Source: Heptranchias perlo
Lineage: Eukaryota
Direction: 5' to 3'
Length of the DNA: 64,000 bases
NCBI RefSeq assembly: GCF_035084215.1
Contig: NC_090338.1
Span: forward strand, 57,164,001-57,228,000
Positions 1-14,100 of this stretch are shown in pieces (positions within the stretch are counted from its first letter, which is position 1; each line of letters starts with the position of its first letter). The notes beneath the pieces are model-generated. The model worked only from the letters and a program-made list of their open reading frames with translations, was not told the DNA's origin and searched no databases. A program made the position numbers and the translations under genes.

Positions 1-420
1 AGTTATGCCACTGTATTTGCATTAGGAATCTGCAGCTGTTGGCTATAACCTGTTCGCCAGACCACACCTACAATATTTGTTGGGTTTTTCTTTTAAAACA
101 GGCAGCATTCCTCTTTCATTTACTATATCAGCTGTTTCTAAACTTGCTCCAAGAGCAATCCCAATAATCCTTTCTCAGTTCATGGTGTAAGCACCCTGGA
201 ACAAATTAAATTCACAAGCTAGCATTCACTGCGTGCACAGCAGTTAATTTTAACCTCACAGTACATCTGCACAAGACCTCAGCAGTTAAAATCGTCAGCA
301 AACTCAAACGCTTTGTATGGTGCAGAAAGCACCTTCAAAAGAAACTGCACGAGCAAAAAATGTGCCACTGATAAAATTCCTGTGAAAAGGGACAGTGCTT
401 TACTCTCTACCAAACTGTAA

Positions 421-792
421 GAAAGAAGACTTGCATTTATAACGCACCTTTCACTACCTCAGGACGTCCCAAAGCACTTTATAACCAGTGAAGTACTTTT
501 GAAGTGTAGTCACTGTTGTAATTTGTGCACAGCAAGATCCCACAAACACAATGCGATAAATGACCAGATCATCTGTTTTAGGTGTAGGTTGAGGAATAAA
601 TGTTGGCCAGGACACCGGCAGAACTTCCCTGCTCTTCTTTGCATATTGCTGTGGGATTTTGTACATCCACCTAAGAGGGCAGACCAGGTCTCAGTTTAGC
701 ATCTCATCCAAAAGACGGCACATCTGACAATGCAGCACCCCCTCAGTACTGGAGTGCCAGCCTAGAATGTGTGCTCAAGTCTCTGGAATGGG
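421..792 (-). mobile_element. Deu-domain tRNA-derived SINE (SacSINE1-like)
   Basis: Reverse complement of the copies at 10072, 23700, 60030 and 62668. Contains the ...aaagatcccatggcac...gtgtcctggccaac-type core. Confidence 0.7.
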
Positions 793-3377
793 AGAGCTTG
801 CTGCTGACGAAGTGACAGTGTTCCCTTCCCCCAGCACAAGCCTCCCAACATCGAGTTTAAAAGCTGCAGAGAGGTAACTGCCACGAGCCGGATGTAAACT
901 AAGACTGCAAATCACCCCTAATATCGCAAGTAGCACTCAGGACACTCCGTATAGCCACACCTGACCCATCAGCATCACCACTAGGGAGACTGAATAGTGA
1001 TGCTGATATGTTTGAATTGGAAGCCTTCTGGAAAGGTTCTCCAGACCAAAACTCTTGATTTTTCCCTTCAGGACATGCAATGATACAAATTGCAACTTTT
1101 CACTGCCAATTTCAAAGTTTTTAGAAGAGAACTTTCATGGGGAAGGAAAGTCTGAGGGGGTACTTTGCAGTGAGAGTGCACCTCATTCGTCTTTTGTTTA
1201 GTAGTCTATGATCTGCCAAAAAATAATAGAGTACTACTCAAATGTTGTTGCATTCACAACCAATGCAAAGTTCTACTGGCTCAGGCATCATCAGCTCAAC
1301 AGCCAGGCCACAATCAAAGCTGCCTCCAATTTGCATTGTTGCAGTAGTTCTAGCTGAAAGTTAAAACGGTGGGATGGGAAATGAATTACTAACTTGAAAG
1401 TTACCTCCCATCAGCCTGCAAGCTTTCATGATATACAATAAGATTGTTTTTTACACTGATAAGGCATCTAAGCAATGTTTGCATCTAAGATGATAAAAGT
1501 GATGTCAACAGGCACCAAATTTGTACCAGAGAGATGCTTTATCATCCAGTTGTTCACACTTTGTATGATCGTGTAAGATACTGTATTCGCATTTCTTGAA
1601 AAATGTAGCTTTGTATTGGACTTTCAAAGCCAAATGTGCACGTCATCCTATATTTGGCAATTGTAGATCTACCTCATTCATTCTACATCTATGTACAAAT
1701 AAGGAGACTGTCACCCAAAAGAGGAAAGTCACCAGCATCGCTGCCTCTGTTTGGATGATATAATATTCATTTCTACACAGTATGGTTAAAGAATGAGGAA
1801 AACCATAACAGGCTATCCAACACTACCTCGACACATCCATGTGTGTATGGGAGAAAGATTTGAGTGTAGATGAGTGGGAGCGGGAAAAGTCTCGTTACTG
1901 ATCTAAGTGATCTACATTGTACATCACTAGCCTTTCCAATCTAACCTTTAATGCATACATGGCAAAAATTAGTTGCTTCTATGGAGTAGATCGTCGTTTT
2001 TCACATCTTCCAATTGAACCCACCTGACTTACTTTCTTCCCTCCCCAACTCAGTGCCTGACACTGTCCCCTGTCTCCTGTTGGGTTCAAACTTAACTTGC
2101 AATCTTCTCTCTGCACAATGTTCTCCTCTAGTCTGCTAACCTTGCTGTACTGCTAATCTTACCTTTCCATTCATTAAAAGAAGGGCTGCGTATGGTGACA
2201 CCACTATTCCCGGCCAGAATGGAGATGTTTGGGTAATTCCCCCATCAATCACGCCAGGAGACCGCACTGCTGTAAGTGACTGGGATAGACTAATTTCAGT
2301 GGTATGGAGATAGCGCTGTTGCAGATAAAGCTTTTAATTGCTGGTTCCCTTTCAACAGGTTGTACCAAGCGACTGATGAGCAGGCCCTTGTGATCAGATA
2401 GGATATATTTCACATTGTGGAGACTAAGTTTAACAATTACCCTGTTGTGTAGTAACACTGAACAGTGGATTTTATGTAGGATTCCTACTTGAACGCTGAA
2501 ACACGTGCCAGACCAAGATTATATAGGCTAAAATAACTATGTTTATTTACAGATTAACACAATGAAGTATCAATGTGACAACATACTAAATAGCACAAGG
2601 TAATGTTGATTTCCTTCAACAGAAATCAGTCTTCCATAATCTTTAAAAACTTATTTTTCCAAAGGCCTCCTTGCGCTGAACTTGATCCTTTGTTCTCTCT
2701 CAATCTCTTCAGTTTATAAAGCCAAATTTCCTTTGAAACTACAGTGGTCAATCAATTGTGATCAAATTAACAACACTATTTTGACATGACAATGGTGCAA
2801 ATTCTCTTAATATTTCTCTAAGGTGAGAATACAGTATTCCAGGGAACAGCTGCTGTAAATAGCTGACCTTTTATACAATGTTAGTATATACCTGCTATAC
2901 AGTGCTGAGGTATAACTGACAGTGGAGTTATCAGAGTGTTTCTCTGCTGACATGTTGCAATCTTCACTGTATTTGAACCATGCATCAAAGTAAGTCTTTA
3001 TCTTACTTTTTGGTCAAAAGAATTTTCTTTTGCTTTTAGATGGATCATCTCTGGTTCTCCATTTCTAATCTGGATATTACCATATTACCATAGCAAGACA
3101 AAATTCTGTTAGTCTCACAGGTGGTTCCTGTTTTACTGCAGGATAAGGGAATCTCAATGCACATAAGAGGTGAAAGGGAGGAAAAATATTCTTTGTCAGA
3201 TCTTTGGCAGTCGGGCACCAGGACGCTGCTATGGGATTAGGTGCCTGACAGGTGTGCGCCTTTCTGCCAGACTATTTTGATCAATTCAGCACGATCCAAC
3301 CAGACTGATCATTCTGTATCCATGTGTGCTTTTACATTGTAAAAAAAAATTTGTGGTGGGGTCTGTTTCCATGTCAC

Positions 3378-4064
3378 GGGCCGGATTTTACTGTAAAAAT
3401 AACAGTGAGGCTATTATCGGGAATCGGGAAGTTGCTCTCACAGATGCCCTGCTCCTCCAAAAGCTGCACGAAAGCAGCATTTCACTGTCTGGCTCACCAT
3501 TCAAATGTATTGAACAGCGTGAAGTTCCTGTACTTACCTTATAGATACAACAAAAAAAGTGAAGTCAAGTCATTTCAAGTCTTAAGTAACCTTTTATGGT
3601 AAGTCTTAATTACTGCCAAACAACCTCTCTGCATCAAAAATTAACTTTTACAAGTGTGGAGTTTCATTCCTTCAAATTTTAATTATTGTTGGACATTAAA
3701 ATGAATGTAGATAAATTATTTTTACTTTTTCTTTCCTCTCTGTCTCCCAATTCAATCTTTATTACTCTCTCTTTATTTTGCTTTTTGTACCTCATTTGAT
3801 ATTGAACTTATTATTCTAACTTACACTTCCTGGTTCTGAATCTGTGCTGTTATTAATGATGCTTCAGTCTGATTGGTTAGGGAGATACACAGTTGCTTGC
3901 CCTGCACACACAGGTTCCAGATGCCCTGTAGAAGGCGTCGTGCTTTCTGACTCTCTAATTTACAGGAACTTGCCATGCAAAAGCTCAGAGAAAGTCCACA
4001 GGCAAGTGCGAGTCTAATGAATGTCAGGTGCCGTTCATTCGCCACTCACAGCAAAATCCGGCCC
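3378..4064. mobile_element. Non-autonomous DNA transposon (PIF/Harbinger-type MITE)
   Basis: Perfect 12-bp terminal inverted repeats (TIRs) GGGCCGGATTTT...AAAATCCGGCCC and no coding capacity. TSD not conserved. Confidence 0.7.
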
Positions 4065-5101
4065 TTTATCTTATATATTTGAACTTAGGGAATTTCAGCC
4101 GCCTTTACATTGTTTAGGTCAAAAATGAAGATTTCTTTGGAAAGTGTAAAAGAAAAAGCAAAGAAACCTGCATTTATACAGCACTTTACAACCACCGAAG
4201 TGCAGTCACTAGTATGTGTGCAAATGCGCACAGCAAGATTTCAGAAACAGCCAGTGAATGAACGACCAGTTGATCTGTTTTTTTTGTGTTTTTTTCTAAA
4301 ATGGCATTCTACAATATAAATGCACAAATAAACTAAACAGACAGCTTCCAAGGGCAGAACATGAATATACAGATTGAACAAAAATATTTTTAAACAAAGA
4401 TGGTCAAAATGAATACATTTTTAACTGAGGCCGCAAACTATTTTACAATGGTTAGAAAGATGTAAAATTTTCTATTATTTTTCACCGAGAGGAAAATTTA
4501 CAATGATGAACAAATTAGAATTATTGCCATTCATATGAGTACATTTTAAAGGGAGAATATGCCAAGTTACCAGTCTTTGCCATGTTATCAGGGATGGAGG
4601 TGGTTCCTTCAGAGGCTGGGCATTTCTCTACAGGGAAAGGTGGTGAACCACCCTCAGCTCATCATGTTGCACTTCCTGGTGGCAGGTTACAGCACTGCAC
4701 CAGTAGAGGATTAGAAGTAAATTGGAGGACACTTGGACAGGCTTTGGCATAAGAGGGAGTCAAAAGGGCAGAATTTAATTTAAAAAGTGAGATAGGATTG
4801 CAAAAACATCAATACTAACATGAAGATATCCACCATGATATCTGAAGATTTCTGGTTTACAATAGCTTTTTACACTGTTAAATTAAACATCATGAGAGGC
4901 AAATACATATTCAATACAAAGAAATTCAAAAGCAATAATTAAATCCAGTAATTCACAAATAATTACTCTTAATGGTTAGTATATTTCAATATTCTAGTTT
5001 AAACAACTATTGTCAGATGCTACATAGTATGCAACACTCTAAAGGCAAATGCATTCCAATTGATTAATCCTATCCTCTCACCCATTGTAAAAGCAGTTGA
5101 G

Positions 5102-5168
5102 TTATTTGATAGAATATACATTTTCTTCTACCGCTTGGCGTGTGTGCATTCCGGCAATGCTGTTTGCA
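5102..5168 (-). CDS. TIM gene A exon 7, cytoplasmic tail CANSIAGMHTRQAVEENVYSIK*
   Basis: ccacag acceptor. The EENVY tyrosine motif resembles TIM-1 (EDNIY) and TIM-3 (EENIY/EENVY). TAA at 5104-5102. Confidence 0.85.
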
Positions 5169-8100
5169 CTGTGGATACAAACAATACTTAATGGATATTG
5201 TGTACGAATGTAAAAATATCAGTGTTTAGGTTTGCTTTAAATCAAAAAGGCCATTCAAAATAAAAATTCTTACCAGTCATCTTTTGTGAATTTCTTCTCT
5301 AAAAGACAAAAATACACATTGAAAAAGGAATGTCAAAAGGGCAGGTAATATTACAATGAGTCACTCAAACATATCTACAGCTTCCATTATTGGAAGCTAT
5401 TTTATATCCAGGAGCTGAAACTGCACACTGCAGTAAATCAGAATAACTAAGCTCAACACTTACGTTTCTTCAAAAAGATGAATATAGCTATGCCAGTGAG
5501 ACAGATAAGAATCACGAAGCCAGCACCAACCCAAACTTCAGATCTCATAAATGTATCCGTTGTATTTGTAACCTACAATAGAAAGAAGGGTTTCATTTTA
5601 CTGGTGGTTAAAAAGCACTTACTTAAATCAATTTCCAGAGGTTTTCCTCCTCATTCTTTTTTTACTGTTTTCCCTTTATCTAAAGAGTTTCTTCACTTAA
5701 ACATCCTTGTCCTGTAGATTAGATTATATGTACACTGATGGATGGCAGAAGTATGTTACAGAGCTTAACACAGTTGAGTCAAGTTTGGGTACCACTCCAG
5801 CATATATAAGCCCCAAACCAAACCAATCCACCTCTGTGAATCACCCTCTGGTCCAGATGCTGTTTTTGTTACGTGTCTCCATTATTTAGCAAATGCCTTC
5901 TTTACACATATGTCTATGATTTCACAGTAAGTAAGAGACAGAGGAATCACCCCACTCTCTGGAATTACCCCACTCTCTGTGGAATTGGATAGGATTGATC
6001 AGGCTGCATTGAGTACTCTTATCATTGAAGATAAATGGATATTTAAGCCCTAAAATTTCTCAGGCGTTCCACCAGTTTCCTGTCATACAACTTTCACACA
6101 GGCCCTCTTTAAAGCAAAGAAGTAACAGTGTCCCTGCAGAACTGAAAGACTCGAAAGTGAAGCTGGGTTGTGGTCGCAACCCAAAAAACAAATATTTTCA
6201 ACTCTCAACCACCACCACCACCCCCCCCCCCCCACCCCGTTCTTGGGGGTTAAAATCACCCCCATTTTGTTTAAAGTTCAAATTCAAGCAATTGGATACA
6301 GACCCGCGATAAGTATTTTCATTAATTAAATTCATAGGAGCTGCGGTGAGCATTGCCTCGCCGCTCTGCACGATTTCTGGCCCCATATGTCTCCTGTACA
6401 AAGGAAGCAAGCTTCCTCTATAGGTGGCACACAGTTCCTGGACATATGTCATTCATACACTAGGGATGCCAGAATGACTGGAAGTCTGTACTATTGATCA
6501 ATTTATTCAAGTTTGCACAGATTCTCCCAGCTACCCATACACATTTACAATCAATTTCTTCAAACCTTACAACATTTGTACTAAGCTTTACAAATCACCA
6601 CTTTTAGATTTTTTTTCTGCAACTGAATCGCCTGTTAAGACAGTATATAAGTAGTTATGCACAGAACTGATACTTAGCATAAATGCTGAAAGACTGATTT
6701 GTTGCAACATCCATAAAAAGTTGTCACAACACCTACAAAAGAACATTTCCAATATTTTAGATTAGCTTGGACTTGTATTAAGCTGTTTAATCTCTGATGT
6801 ATGCTTACAGTTATTTGAGAGAGGCTGCTGGTCTCATCAGGAGCGACTGTAAGAGTGAGGTTCAGATTTCCTGTAATACACAAAGGGAAAGGATACAGGT
6901 CCAGCTGATATCGTAAGTAATGAGTAAGGTAGAGTGTATAAAAGAAAACATAACATTGAAGGAATACTCCACAGTAAGGCTTCACAAACTGCCCTATTGT
7001 CAAATTTATTGTTTAAAATTCATTCTAAAAATAATTTTAAAAACCCAAATATAAACTACATTGTTTTTATGAAAGCAAATCTTGTCACTTAGCCTCAGAT
7101 CCTATCACCTCATCCCCATACTGACATTGAAAGCATTGCCCAGTAAGTGGTGCTGGGAGCCAAGGCCTGATGATGGGGCTTCATATTTCCACAGATAAAC
7201 CTTGGAAATCAGCCGGGAGGCCAGAAATCTTGTGGTACATTTGAAAAGAAAATTAACTCCATTTTTTAACAATTGCACGTATGAGTTCAGGCACATACTC
7301 AAGAATAAGAACATTGTTGAGCTTTATTCTGAGATATTCTTTAACAGCTATGTGATAGCAAGAATTAGCAAATTACAGCTGAATCCCAATAAACACAGAA
7401 CATATCCACCAATAAATGCAATGCTTGAATGAAGACTTCTATATAATGAAAGATAACAGAATTGGGATCCTTCACTCAGGATAACAATGAGATCAGGTAT
7501 GTCCCATCTAGGTTTCACTCACTGGTACATGCTCAAGCCCACTTAGAGTGAGCTCTGATCAAATCAAATCCACTTAAGATATTGTTTTATACGCCAGTCC
7601 AAAATCATTTTGGTTGATTGTAGTGTGAGTTAAGGCTAACCAGATACAATAAAATCCCACTTGAAGAAGCATTGACTTTATGCTTGTGGATTACGGGCAG
7701 TATTATTTTGGCATGATGATACCAGTGAAGGAGTGACACTTTTGCATTGCAGTGGTATATTCTGGTTCAAATTCTGTCATCATGTCTGAGTATTTGATGA
7801 ACTACGAGAGACGTCAAGGCATCCGCAATCCTGTCTTCACTGAAAATCCACACATGATGAATGTCTTTTTTTATACACAAATTTGTATGATTAGATTTTT
7901 TAGCTTGTCAGTCACTTCAAAAGTAATTTACTGACTGTGAAGCGCTTAGGGATATCCTGAGGATGTGAAAGGCACGAGATATATTCAAGTCATTTTTGAT
8001 TTGTAATGACTGAAAGCTAAATCAGTCAAGGAGGATAGCTGCATGTGTCTGGTAACTTTGTGCTGCAGTCGGTTTGAGCTGTAAAAGTGGGAGATGTTTA

Positions 8101-11100
8101 ATGGATGGATACACATATATAAACTCATACATACACACACATATACATTTACACATATATAAACTCACACATACACACACATATACATTTACACATATAT
8201 AAACTCACACATACACACACGTATACATTTATACATATATAAACTCACACATATACACACACATATACATTTACACATATATAAACTCACACATACACAC
8301 ATATACATTTGCACATATATAAACGCACACATACACACACACATATATAAACATATACACACACGCTTACACTAGTATTTCACTCACACTGTAGGTAGGA
8401 GTGGAAACATATAAAGGCAGTTCCACAAGATTCAGTACTTACAATTTGAATGAAATACTAATGTAAGATTGCATGTGTACATGTGTTCCAACTACAGCCC
8501 TCGGCCAAAATGTAGCCTACGAGCCTTGGCTACGCTGTTCCCTCTAAGCTGCATGCATGCGCGGCCGTGCAGCAGTCTGTTGTCTGCCACAAACTTAATC
8601 ATTCCGTCCACGTACCAAACCAATGCTCTCTGCCCCTGTCCCACACTGACCAGTCCCCAGGCCCCTGTCCCACACTGACCAGTCCCCAGGCCCCTGTCCC
8701 ACACTGACCAGTCCCCGGGCCCCTGTCCCACACTGACCAGTCCCCAGGCCCCTGTCCCACAATGACCAGTCCCCAGGCTCCTGTCTCGCACTGATCAGTC
8801 CCCAGGCCCCTCTCTCACACTGACCAGTCCCCCCCAGGCCCCTCTCTCACACTGACCAGTCCCCCCCCGGGCCCCTGTCCCACACTGACCAGTCCCCAGA
8901 CCCCTCTTTCACAATGACCAGTCCCCAGACCCCTGTGCCACACTGACCAGTCCTCAGGCCCCTCTCTCACACTGACCAGTGCCCGGACCCCAGGCCCTTC
9001 TCCAGCTCTGTCTCCCCAGTGCTCTAGCCCCAGGCGGGCTGCTCTGCCTCTGGTGCTGGGGAGTGTCCGAGTGTCCAATCCCACGGCTCTGGCCCCAGCT
9101 GCCACATTGTTTACCACGTTGCTAGGAAATGCAGTCAGTGAACAGCTGATTGGCTTCAATGGTGGGGGGGGGGAGCTTTAATTAAACTGTTCCCTTTCCC
9201 CAAATTCACATTGACTGATTTGACAGCAGTTTTGTATTTCGGACTCAATTTAAAAATTCTGATTGCACACAATTTATTTCTGTTTGAATCATTCATTAAG
9301 CTGATTCAACAAAAAGCTGATTGGAATCATTCCCATCAGATAATTTTTAATAAAATATAATGAGACTGGTCTGCTCAATCCTAGTGTAACTCAAGAAACC
9401 CATTTCATAAATTATATAAGTTTATCAGCCAATATAACATTAAAATGTTACAATTATCTATTGTTTTGTACATTTCTTCTGTTTGTTATTTACCCTGAAT
9501 AATGTTTTCTATAACGATATTCTAATCAACGGTGTGATTTTTTTTAACGGTGACGCACACAGCCTTTATATTGGTGCACAAACCCATATTCATTCCACTC
9601 GTTGGCCGAAAAAAATTAAAGGGAACATTGCTTGGCTATCAGTCTGTGTGGTAATATCTGCCATTTTGAAAAGAGTTTGTCAGTGTAGCATGAGACTATG
9701 TTAAATTCCATAACTAGATTCCTGCCGAGGATGATTATTAATGCACTGGGCCTCCAACTCCAGGAAGATAGAATATATCAAAGATATAGATTGTAGGGGA
9801 CAAAGTCCACAAGTGGGAATTGATATTAAATTGTTGACACAGCAGAGGATTGCATTAAAAACCCCAAAATGTAATAATATCCAATCCTTCTGTCAACTTA
9901 GTTTGAGTAAACTGGAGAAATATGTCATTCTGGAGGAGCTGTGATATTCACTTGCATTGCCACTAACTCAGAAATGTGTTGGTTAACACCAGAGTTGATT
10001 TGACAGAAGTTTTTCTTTTCTTACCAATTTTCTCCCCTTCCCTCCTGTCCTGAAAATGTTGACTCCTTCTGAGTGTCAGCTTGGCTCAGTGCGAGAACAC
10101 TTGCCTTTGAGTCAGAAGGTTGTGGGTTAAAGTCCCTCTCCAGGATTTGAACGTATAATCTGAGCTGACATTTTCAGTGCAGCACTGAAGGACTGCTGCA
10201 TTGTCAGAGGTAGCATCTTTTGAGTGAAACGTTAAACTTGAGACCCCACCTGCTTCTTCACGGGGATGTAAAAGATAATATGGCACCTCTTGAAGTTGGG
10301 TCCTCCTGCTGTCCTTGTAACATTTATCCCTCAACCAGCACCAAAAAACAGATTAACTAGTTATTCATTTCACTGCTGTTTGTGGGACCTTGATATGCAC
10401 AAATTGGTTGTTACATTTGCCTAAAGACTGCATTTCATAAATAGAGCATTTACAGGTAACAAAAACTAGTTTCTGCAAGAGTTCAGTTCAAAATTTAAAT
10501 ACTGAAGTGGATAAAACACACCAAAACATTGACTATCCATATCAAATGTAGACACTGCACCAGATCTATTAACCAGTGTTCACACATATGCACTTCCTGC
10601 TTAGGTCACTGATTAACGATCAGAAGGGGGAACCCTAGCCAATTTTCCCTTCCCTGTCCCAGAGACGGTGAGGCAATTGTAGCAACCTTACCACCACCCA
10701 GGCAAGACAGGTTACTTCAATGTCAATATCATGTCCATGATTACAACCATTGAAGATGAACCAAATTAACCCAAATTCACAGAGTTTAGACTGCAATTTG
10801 TAGAATCAAACCTCCAAACTGCAACTTTAAGCTGGCAGAAACTGCTACTGACTGTCTCAGCAACCAGCTACCAAGAAAGCAGCTTCCTTTTTCTGAAATT
10901 ATCTCACTGCACAGTACAAAGAGAGAAGTCCACTTAGCAAATAACTTCATGTGACATTTCTACCCGTTTTAAGCACAAGTGTTCCGACCCATCATTTTGC
11001 AATAATTCCACCTCATTTAAAAGCATGATACTTTGTAAGAGTAAATGATAGCCTAAAAGGCTTAAAATCTTAGGTAAGAGCATATTTTAAGGCCTACCCT

Positions 11101-14100
11101 TGGCTACCTTGATCACCTATAATCAGATTATTCACAGTCTATGCAAATGAATATAAAATACTTTCATATCAGAGATTAGAAGATAACTTGTAATATCTGG
11201 GACTTGTAGACTGACCTTCAGTTGCATTTGAAGTGATATGGTCACCATGGTCTGTGGTAAGGGACACAGCAGAGGGTAGAGGAGTCAGTGTGCTGATCTC
11301 TGTAATGGAAAAAGTATTACTTTCTTGTGCTCATGTTGGTGACAATATTAGCCATTCACACTCCCTGCTAAGTCACGTGTTTTAGCACCCATGAGTACTG
11401 GCAGCAAGCCACTTGTAAGTCTATATAAATGCTGCTCTTGAGATGGCGACTCAGATATGTAGAAGAGTGGGGTAGTAGCCCTCTTATTCTCTCTCCCTTT
11501 TGTGTGGCAGATGCTTGCCTCAGATCGGAATCTCATTTTGACAACATGTTCAAGACGAGGAAGACAATAAATCCAAAACCATGGAGCACATCCTTTTGTT
11601 CTCTGGTTTCAGACATCTTCTTAGGTTTAGATTTTTTCGGGCAGGTGAATTTCCATGGACAAGAAATTATGAATTTTTTTGCTTTTCTCAGCAGCCTGAT
11701 GGAACAATATTTGTCAATTCATTGCTAATTTGCACCAACTGGTAGACTGGCCTGTGGTGTGGACTAGTAGCTGGACTGAGACCCCCCCCAAAGTAATTCA
11801 CTAAAGACCATTCTAGCAGTACAGATAAAACACTTTCATCCCACCAATCTATAATGAATTACCACTGGAAGTGTGTTGTGGGACAGGGCAACCATCTGTT
11901 CAACTGAACCAGTGCTGACATTCGCAAATATTTCAGGGACAACTTCACTTAAATCATTAAGGTGGGCTCTCGGCAGTATTTTTACTTCTGACTGGGAACT
12001 TGTCACTATATTACAAAATAAAGAATATTCTCTGCTTCCCCACATCAGTAGACAATCTTGCTTGACTTAAACAAAACAAGTTGGGGGAAAAATTGGAAAG
12101 GGGCCGTTTTTGGGCATAGGTAGCGTGAGGTGCTATTACCCCGCGCCCAATGAACCCTGCGCAGGCAGGATGCAAGTTTCAGCACACCCCAGGACTTACC
12201 TGCAATCAGCATTCCATTACAGGCCTTGCATGTGGAATCAATGCAATTCGCACTTTCCACCTCCAGAGGGAGCTCAATCTCTTAAAGAGAGGATGTTTCT
12301 TAGAAATTTCTTAAAGGTAGCTGGTACCTGTTATTTGCTGAAAATAACAGTCTACTGTCTGCATGGAGTCCAAACAGAGATCAGACATCGCACACGTAAA
12401 ACACAGATGCAGATCCCATCCCTATGTTTACACACTGATGAGTTATGTTAAAACATTAAATAAAGGTTCGCACAACTAAATCCCACATCCTCCAATCTGC
12501 ACGCCAGACCTCACCAATCTGCCAATCTGAATTTGTACCAGGCCTGCGAGAGTGCATGCACCAAGGTTCCCTGCTGATGCACTAGAGACCTTGGGTGCAA
12601 GAGGTGGACAGAAGGAGGGACATCCTATATCCGCGCAGGGGGTGGGGTGCAAGAGGCCCTCCAGACATATACTCAAAAGGCAGTGGGAGGCAGCGGGGGA
12701 CGAAGTCAATGCCAGGCGCACAGCATCATGAACATGGATGCAGTGCAGGAAGAAGTTCAATGCTTTGACATGAGGTCAACTGTCAAGTGGTGTCTCCTAC
12801 CAACTGCACCACTCACCACACACCCCCATCCCCCATATACCAACAAACTCTTTCTATCAGTGCTCCACTCTTCCAATCAGATGCTTCCTCTCACTCTTAC
12901 ACATTACCACTGTTTCAAACCGCCCACCCACAACTCACAAGCCACACACACTGGCAGCTATTCAATCATGACAGGCACATCACCCAGACACATGTCCCGC
13001 TTTCTTGCAGGAGAAGGTGGCGCATGACAGGAGGCAGCAAGTGGCAGTGGCATTTAGCCCCTTGAGCCTGTTCCACCATTCAATGAGATTGTGGTAGACC
13101 TGTGACCTAACTCCGTATACCTGCCTTAGCCCCATATCCCTTAATACCCTTGGTTCACAGAAATCTATCAATCTCAGATTTAACATTCACAAGTGAGCTA
13201 GCATCAACTGCCGTCTGTAGAAGAGCGTTCCAAACGTCTCCCACCCTTTGCGTGTAGAAGCATTTTCTAACTTCACTCCCTGCACGTCCTTGCTCTAAAT
13301 GTTAGGCTATGGACCCGCGTCCTAGTATTGAAGTCTAGGAGACCTGCAGAAACAGTTACAAAGGTCTCAGCAGCAAGAAGTAATAATCCAGCCATTAATC
13401 TGTAAATCCTGCCTGGTCCCTTTAAATAGCACCAGGGGGGGTCCTCCGGGCACGTTCAAATGGTCAGGGTTAAGACTGTGCGTTGAGTTGAACGTTAAGT
13501 CCCAAAATGGTGTCTATCACTTTAAATCAGCGTTACACACTGATTAAAGACATTTTCTCCCTACTTTACATGATTCCAGCGTTCGTTATCTGCGCCTGCG
13601 CTAATTCCTATAACAAGATGGCGTCTGGCGCACATCACGCTGGAAACGTGCGTGCTCATCCAAGACGCCATCTTGGATGTCGGAGAGTCCATGTAGTGCC
13701 GAAACAATGGGTGCTACCAATTTAGCGCCCATTGTATCCTAACATCTGAGTCTCTGTGACAGCCCTCGTAACTTTCTCTTTTCAAAAGAAGCTGACTGTC
13801 AGTATTTGTTTCTGTTTCTGTTCTTATCTGCCTGTGTTCACAGCGAAAAGGGAAGGCCTATCAGATAACTCCTGCTGAGTGCCCAGGAACAGAGATTTCC
13901 TCACATTGTGGGCATGGGGTGTTTATCAAATAGTCAAGACAGGCTAACAAATTGTTTAATGTTTATGGTCTTTGGGGAACCACTTCAATGCTTTTCTCAT
14001 TAATATATTAATTACCCTCTGTCTCAGCGCTTTTATTTTAAGCTTGAGTGTATACACTTTCCTTTAAAAGCCCAACATTTAAACATAACTCTTTTCTAAA

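Noticed and set aside
5102-5125. ITIM in the gene A tail (ENVYSI)
   Set aside because: The Y-2 residue is Asn rather than I/V/L/S; it fits the TIM EENxY kinase-substrate motif instead.
8492-9159. Gly/Trp-rich repeat ORFs
   Set aside because: Translations of the 30-bp minisatellite.
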